A DNA stretch of 64,000 nt from Trichechus inunguis (Eukaryota). The stretch is taken from assembly GCA_046562895.1 (NCBI GenBank), contig CM102164.1, positions 32,779,842 to 32,843,841 on the forward strand, in the 5' to 3' direction. The translations under genes and the position numbers were made by a program. This document shows positions 57,801 through 64,000 of this stretch, one piece after another; the first letter of the stretch is position 1, and the number at the start of each line of letters is the position of its first letter. The notes beneath the pieces are model-generated. The model did no database searches. It worked only from the letters and a program-made list of their open reading frames with translations, and was not told the origin of the DNA.

Positions 57801-58520
57801 ACCCTTAATAGCCATTCCCACACATATTCCCCAGGTTTCTGTTTGTATATATTAGAAAAATCAAGCAGTTCTTTTGAAGTGTATCTTTCCTCTTCATGGG
57901 TTGCAATTTGCATTTCACCTCTTGGGACTCTCTGAGAATTAAGTCTAGTTATATGTCTAGAAGCAAAAATAGGTGATGGGGATGAGTCTTGGGGACATTC
58001 AGCAATGTCTTGCAAGGCATCTGCCTCAGGCAATGCCCCAGACAATGCCCCAGGCAAGGACTCTTCAGACACATCTCATTAGATAGGGTAGAAGGAATGG
58101 TTTTACTGGGGAAGATGGCTTATCTGGAGTAATCTCTTCAGATGGGCGTGAGAGGGCTGGTTCTGTTGGCAGGGGTGATTCAAAAGAATTTGGGGGGCTC
58201 AATGTCCCCAACTTCAAGATATCTGCCCATATGTTCCCATCCCAAGTTTCAGGATCCTGTTTTTTCCCAATCAATCCCTCACTTTAACTTCAGACACCAC
58301 TCGAGGCTGAGAATTCAGTTGTAATTCAGCCACTCTTAGAATAAGACTCTGGGTTTGGTTTTCAGCAATATCAACTCTGTTACTACAAGAAATAAGGCTT
58401 TCTTTCAGGGCACAAATAGCAACTTTCAGGTATTTTATGTGGCACTTTAGCTGGGATTCTGGAGCACTGAGCTCATCCTTTACTTTCCTCACTTTGAAAG
58501 TAGAACCAGCCAACCAACTT
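54900..58520 (-). mobile_element. Endogenous retrovirus internal region (gag-pro-pol remnants; RT, RNase H), probably ERV-L/class III-like; LTRs not identified
   Basis: Minus ORFs: RT fingers/palm (55992-56495 ...WRMTVDYHKCNQV...DLANAFFSIP...SWQGQQYTFTVL..YINSPALCHNLV...HYIGDIML with a degenerate YxDD), an upstream RT N-terminal piece (56449-56631), the connection domain (55436-55906), RNase H (54976-55293 ...SSQWAELRAGHLIVRF...LYTDSWAVANGWAGWSGTW...) and gag-like ORFs (57797-58513). Boundaries approximate. Confidence 0.65.
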
Positions 58521-58639
58521 CATTATATTTCTGTTTGACAAAAATATTTAAATGTATCAAATACACAACCACCCACAGCCTTGTTTCTTACAAATATTTG
58601 ATTCAATGGGGTGGTATTTTGTGTACTTCTTCTCTAAAT

Positions 58640-58830
58640 TTTATTTATTTTGTTGTTGTTGAGAATATACACAGCAAAACATACACCAGTTCAACAGTTT
58701 CTACACTTACAATTTAGTGACATTGATCACATTCTTCAAGTTGTGAAACCATTCTCAGCTTCGTTTTCTGAGTTGTTCCTCCAACATTAACATAAACTCA
58801 CTGCTCCCCAAGGTTCCTACCTAATCTTTT
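58640..58830 (-). mobile_element. Second copy of the ~190-bp poly(A)-tailed LINE 3'-terminal fragment
   Basis: ttgttgttgttgagaatatacacagcaaaacatacaccagttcaacagtttctacacttacaatttagtgacattgatcacattcttcaagttgtgaaaccattctc... is ~80 % similar to 32650-32835. Confidence 0.45.
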
Positions 58831-58919
58831 GAGTTGCTGTTGTCAGTTTGATCCCATATAGATAGTTCTTAAAAGAGCATATGCTCAAGGCAGGCCTTTT
58901 TTTTTTTTTTTTTACTAGT

Positions 58920-59468
58920 TAAGCTAAATTATTGTTTGGTTTTAAGAAGGCTTCAAGGGTTATTTTTGGTTTAAGATTTAAAGATTATCTCAGGGCAATA
59001 ATTTCAGGGGTTCATCCAACCTTAATGGCTCCAGGAAGTCTGGAGTCTATGAGAATTTGAAATTGTGTCCTACATTTTCCCCCTCTTGATCAGGATTTTT
59101 CTATGGCATCTTTGATCAAAATGTTCAGTAATGGTAGCCAGGCACCATCCAGTTCTTCTGGTCTCATGGCAAAGAAGGCAGTTGTTCATGGAGGCAATTA
59201 GCCACCCATTCCATATCCTCCTCCTATTCCTGACTGTCCTTCGGTTGTTCCAGGTAAATAGAGATCCATTTCTGTGCCTTGGATGGCCGCTTGCAAGCTT
59301 TTAAGACCTAGGCACTATGCAGTGAAGTAGAAGGTAGAACAGAGGCACTAAACATGTTATTAGGCCAATTAACTGGGATGTCCTATGAAACCATGACCCT
59401 AAACCTCCAAACAAATTAACCAAATCCCATGAGGTGGTTTGTTGTACATAAGCAGACTCAGCAGCTCC
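58920..59468 (-). mobile_element. Diverged L1 3'UTR-derived fragment
   Basis: 59100-59400 aligns by eye to the ORF2-proximal half of the antisense L1 3'UTR unit (tggtagccaggcaccatccagttcttctggtctcatgg...cttggatggccgcttgcaagcttttaagacctaggcactatgcagtgaagtagaaggtagaacag...). Confidence 0.35.
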
Positions 59469-59469
59469 T

Positions 59470-61085
59470 CTTTTTTTTTTTTTTTTTGTTATTGTAAATA
59501 TATCTATCACACAACCTTTGCCAATTTAACTTTTATAGGTATACAACTTGTTGACATCAATTATAATAATCAACTGGGCAATACCCTTAATCAATGTGAT
59601 TTTTCCATCACCATTAAGCTCCCTTTTTCCCCTTCCTCCCGCCCCCTGTAACCACTAATAATATTTGTTGTCTATACATTTGCCTTTTCTTGTCTTTTTA
59701 TATAAGTGAGGTTATACAATATCTACCCTTTTGTGACTGGCTTATTTTACTCAGCATAATGTCTTCAAGCTCCATCCCTTCTGTAGCATGTGTCAAGACT
59801 TCATTTCTCCTACTGGCTGAGTAGCGTTCCACTTTATGTATGTACCACATTCGTCTGTTGATGGGCATTTAGGGTTTTTCCACCTTTTGGCTATTGTGAA
59901 TAGTGCTACCATGAACATAGCTGTACAAGTCTCTTTTTGAGTCTCTGCTTTCAGTTCTTTTCAGTATATACCTAGGAGTGGAACTGATGGTCATATGGTA
60001 GTTGTATATTTAGTTTTTTGAGGAACTATGACACTATTTTCCACATTGGCTGTACTATTTTGCATTCTCACCAGCAATGGATAAGGGTTCTGGTTTCCCC
60101 ACATCCTTGACAGCATTTGTTATTTTTTTTTTTTTATCTTAGCCACCCTAGTCGGAATGAAATGATATGTCATTGGGTTTTGATTTGCATTTCCCTGATG
60201 GCTAATGACACTGAGCATCTTTTTTTTTTTTTTTCAATATTTTATTGTACTTCAGGTGAAGGCTTACAGAACAGATAGTTTCTCATGTAACAGTAACACA
60301 CATGCTGTTTTATGACATTTGTTAACAACCCCACAACATTTTAACCCTCTAAATTCTCAACTTTTTTTTTTTTTTGGTGAAAATACACATAGCCAAAGAT
60401 ACGCCATTTCAAAAATTTTTTTTACATGCACATTTAAGTGACATTGACTACGCTCTTCTAATTGTGCTGTTATTCTCACTTAAGACGAGGGCTTACAGGA
60501 CAAAATCGTCTCCCATTTAACAGTTACTACAAATGTTGCCCTATGACAATGGTTAACAATCTCACAACACATCAACAATATCCTTACTCTACTTTGTGTT
60601 CCCTATCATCAGCTTCCTACTCCCCTTCTGCCTTCTGGGCCTTATCACTGAACTCCTGTACCTCGTTACTCTCATGGTTTTACTGGGCTGTCCACTCGCA
60701 GGCTGAACAGTGAACCTCGAAGGTAACTTCACCACTGAGCTAAAAGGGTGTCTGGGGGCCATTCTCTCGGGGTTTCTCCAGTCTCCTTTAGGCCAGTAAA
60801 TCTGGTCTTTTTTTTTTTTGTGAGTTAGAATTATGCTCTACATCCTTCTCCAGCTCTGTCCAGAACCCTCTGTTGTGATCCTGGTCAGAGCAGTCAGCGG
60901 TGGTAGCCGGGCACCATCTAGCTGTACTGGACTCAGTCCGGTGGAGGTCTTGGTAGCTGTGGACAATTAGTCCTTTGGACTAATCTTTTCGTTGTATCCT
61001 GTTCGACACTGAGCATCTTTTCATGCACTTGGTGGCCATATGAATGTCCTCGTTGGTGAAATCTCAATTCAAGTCCTTTGCCCTT
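59470..61085 (-). mobile_element. Older L1 (short-3'UTR type) 3' end + ORF2 tail, split at 60218-61004 by a young L1 insertion
   Basis: Poly-T at 59470-59490, then antisense ...gactggcttattttactcagcataatgtcttcaagctccatcc...ggctaatgacactgagcatcttt [insert] gacactgagcatcttttcatgcacttggtggccatatgaatgtcctcgttggtgaaatctc... Confidence 0.65.
60218..61004 (-). mobile_element. Young 5'-truncated L1 insertion (~790 bp: composite 3' tail + 3'UTR) with a 16-bp target-site duplication GACACTGAGCATCTTT
   Basis: About 97 % identical to 39580-40370 of the near-full-length young L1. The direct repeat gacactgagcatcttt is present at 60202-60217 and 61005-61020. Confidence 0.85.
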
Positions 61086-64000
61086 TTTTTTTTAAATTGT
61101 ACTTTAGGTGAAGGCTTACAGAACAAATAGTTTCTCATTAAACAATCAGTACACATATTGTTTTATGACATTAGTTAACAACTCCATGACATGTCGACAC
61201 TCTCCATTCCATTCTCGACCTTTCTTTTTTGGTGAAAATATACATAGCCAAAGTTACACCATTTCAAAAATTTCTACATGCACAATTCAGTGACATCGAT
61301 TACGTTCTTCCAATTGTGCTGCTATTCTCTCTTTAGAGGAAGGTTTACAGAACAAAATAGTTTCTCATTAAACAGTTAGTACACATGTTGCCCTATGACA
61401 ATGGTTAACAACCCCACTATATGTCAATACTGTCCTTACTCAACCTTGGGTTCCCTATCACCAGCTTTCCTGTCCCCTTCTGCCTTCTAGTCCTTGTCCC
61501 TGGACTGCTGTGTCTCATTAGTCCCGTTTTGTTTTATGGGGTTGTCCAATCTCCAGCTGAACGGTGACCCTCCAAAGTGACTTCACCACTGAGCTAAAAG
61601 GGTTTCTGGGGGCCATACTCTCGGGGTTTCTCCAGTCTCTTTCAGGCCAGTACATCTGGTCTTCTTCTGTGTGTGTTAGAATTTTGTTCTACATCCATCT
61701 CCAGCTCTGTCCAGAACCCTCTGTTGTGATCCCAGTCAGAACAGTGAGTGGCACCATCTAGTTGTACTGGACGCAGTCTGGTGGAGGCCTTGGTAGCTGT
61801 GGTTCATTAGTCCTTTGGATTAATCTTTTCCTTGTATCCTGTTCTCTTCATTCTCCCTTGCTTCCGAAGGGATGAGACCAGTGGAGTATCTTAGATGGCT
61901 GCTCACAGGCTTTTAAGACCCCAGATGCTACTCACCAAGGTAGAATGTAGAACATTGTCTTTATAAACTGTGTTATGCCAATTGAGCTAGAGTTCCCCGA
62001 GACCATGGTCCCCACAACCCTCTGCCCAGCAATTCAGTCCCTCAGGGAGTTTGGAAGTGTCTGTGGAGTTTCTATGATCTTTTCTCGTACAACTTGTGCT
62101 GGCTTCCCCAGTATTGTGTACTGTCTCACCTTTCACCAAAGATACCACTTATCTACTGTCTATTTAGTATTTTCCCCCACCCCTCCCATCCCTGGTAACC
62201 AACAAAGATTGTTACTTTTTGTGTGTAAACTTTTTCATGAGTTTTTACAATAGAGGTCTCATACAATATTTGTCCTCTTGTGTTTGACTTATTTCACTCA
62301 GCATAATGTCCTCCAGTTTCATCCATGTTATGAGATGCTTCACAGATTCATCATTGTTCTTTATCGTTGTGTAGTACTTCATTGTGTGTATGTACCATAG
62401 TTTGTTTATCCATTCGTCTGTTGATGGACATCTAGGTTGTTTGCATCTTTTTGCTATTGTGAACAGTGCTGCCGTGAACATAGGTGTGCATATGTCTATT
62501 CGTGTGACGGCTCTTATGTCTCTAGGATATATTCCTAGGAGTGGGATTGCTGGATCGTATTGTATGTCTATTTCTAGCTTTCTGAGGAAGCGCCATATCA
62601 TTTTCCAAAATGGTTGTATCATTTTGCATTCCCACCAGCAGTGCATAAGAGTTCCCATCTCCCCGCAGCCCCTCCAACATTTGTTATTTCCAGTGTTTTT
62701 GATTTGTGCCAGTAATGCCGAGGTGAGATGGTATCTCATTGTGGTTTTAATTTGCATTTCTCTAATGGCTAGTGATCGCGAGCATTTCCTCGTGTGTCTG
62801 TTTGCCGCTTGAATGTCTTCTTTGGTGGAGTGTCTGTTCATTTCCTTTGCCCATTTTTTAATAGGATTATTTGTCTTTTTGTGGTAGAGGTGTTGGATTT
62901 TCTTGTAGATTATGGAGATTAGACCTTTGTCTGACTTGGACTGTCCAAAAATTTTTTCCCAGTCTGTAGGTTCTCTTTTGACTCTTTTGGTGAAGTCTTT
63001 TGAAGAGCATAGTTGTTTGATTTTTAGAAGATCTCAGTTATCTAGCTTATCTTCTGGGGTTTGTGTGTTGATAGTTATGGTTTGTATCCTGTTAATGCCT
63101 TGTATTAGGGTCTGTAGCGTTGGTCCTATTTTTTCTTCTATGAACTTTATAGTTTTTGGCTTTATATTTAGGTCTTTGATCCATTTTGAATTAGTTTTTG
63201 TGTATGGTGTGAAGTATGGGTCCTGTTTCATTTTTTTGCAGATGGATATCCAGTTTTGCCAGCACCATTTGTTAAAAAGACTTTCTTTTCCCCATTTGAT
63301 GGACTTTGGGCCCTTGTCGAAGATCAGATAACCGTAGGTGGATGGATTTACATCTGGGTTCTCAATTCTGTTCCACTGGTCAATGTATCTGTTGTTGTAC
63401 CAGTACCAGGCTGTTTTGACTACTGTAGCTGTATAGTAGGTGCTGAGGTCAGGTAGTGTGAGTCTTCCTACTTCATTTCTTCTTCTTCAATAGTGCTTTA
63501 CTTATTCAGGGCTTCTTCCCTTTCCATATAAAGTTAATGATTAGTTTTTCCATCTCTTTAAAGATTATTGTCAGTATTTGGATCGGGATTGCATTGTATT
63601 TGTAGATTGCTTTGGGTAGAATTGTCATTTTCACGATGTTGAGTCTACCTATCCATGAGCATGGTATGTTTTTCCATTTATGTAGATCCCTTTGGCTTTC
63701 TTGCAGTAGTGTTTTGTAGTTTTCTTTGTATAGGTCCTTTACATCCCTCTTTAGATTTATTCCAAAGTATTTTATTTTTTAGGGGCTATTATAAATGGTA
63801 TTGTTTTCATGATTTCCTTTTCATCGTTCTCCTTATTGGTGTATAGGAATCCAACTGATTTTTGCATGTTTATCTTGTATCCTGCTACTCTGCTGAATCT
63901 TTCTATTAGTTCCAGTAGATTTCTCATGGAGTCTTTAGGGTTTTCTATGTATAGTATCATATCATATGCAAATAGGGACAGTTTAACTTCTTCATTACCA
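61086..64000 (-). mobile_element. Young L1, cut by the window end (composite 3' tail, 3'UTR 61320-62244, ORF2 C-terminal two thirds with frameshifts)
   Basis: Poly-T at 61086, then the tail and 3'UTR unit. Minus ORFs 62245-62841 ([20 protein letters not shown]...[28 protein letters not shown]), 63034-63231 and 63772-63960 (RT ...[39 protein letters not shown]...). Confidence 0.85.

Overview
This window is mammalian nuclear DNA, not prokaryotic. It carries AfroSINEs, RTE/BovB LINEs, MIRs, and L1 elements with ~0.9-kb 3'UTRs, which places it in an afrotherian genome (elephant/paenungulate-like). I could not compute similarity to any database, so all family and lineage assignments rest on recognised sequence signatures.

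Most of the window is intron of a plus-strand host gene. I can support five candidate exons by open frame plus splice signals (2004-2126, 17967-19034, 20729-20828, 25958-26090, and a probable terminal exon 37225-37421). I do not recognise the gene.

An estimated 65-70 % of the window is transposable-element sequence:
- At least five young or medium-aged L1 copies, all on the minus strand and several nested.
- One near-full-length L1 (39571-48524) with an intact 349-aa ORF1, a frameshifted ORF2, and a ~1.4-kb array of ~295-bp CpG-rich 5'UTR monomers.
- Six RTE/BovB fragments, including a head-to-head inverted pair.
- AfroSINEs, MIRs, older L1 fragments and a partial ERV pol/gag region.

There are no rRNA or tRNA genes, CRISPR arrays or prokaryote-style operons. 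Most six-frame ORFs in the supplied track are antisense-of-TE or low-complexity artefacts. The observations worth a second look are TE structural ones (monomeric L1 promoter, composite L1 3' tail, nested insertions with clean target-site duplications, a twin-priming-like RTE inversion) and an apparent +1 frameshift in the host gene's putative last exon.
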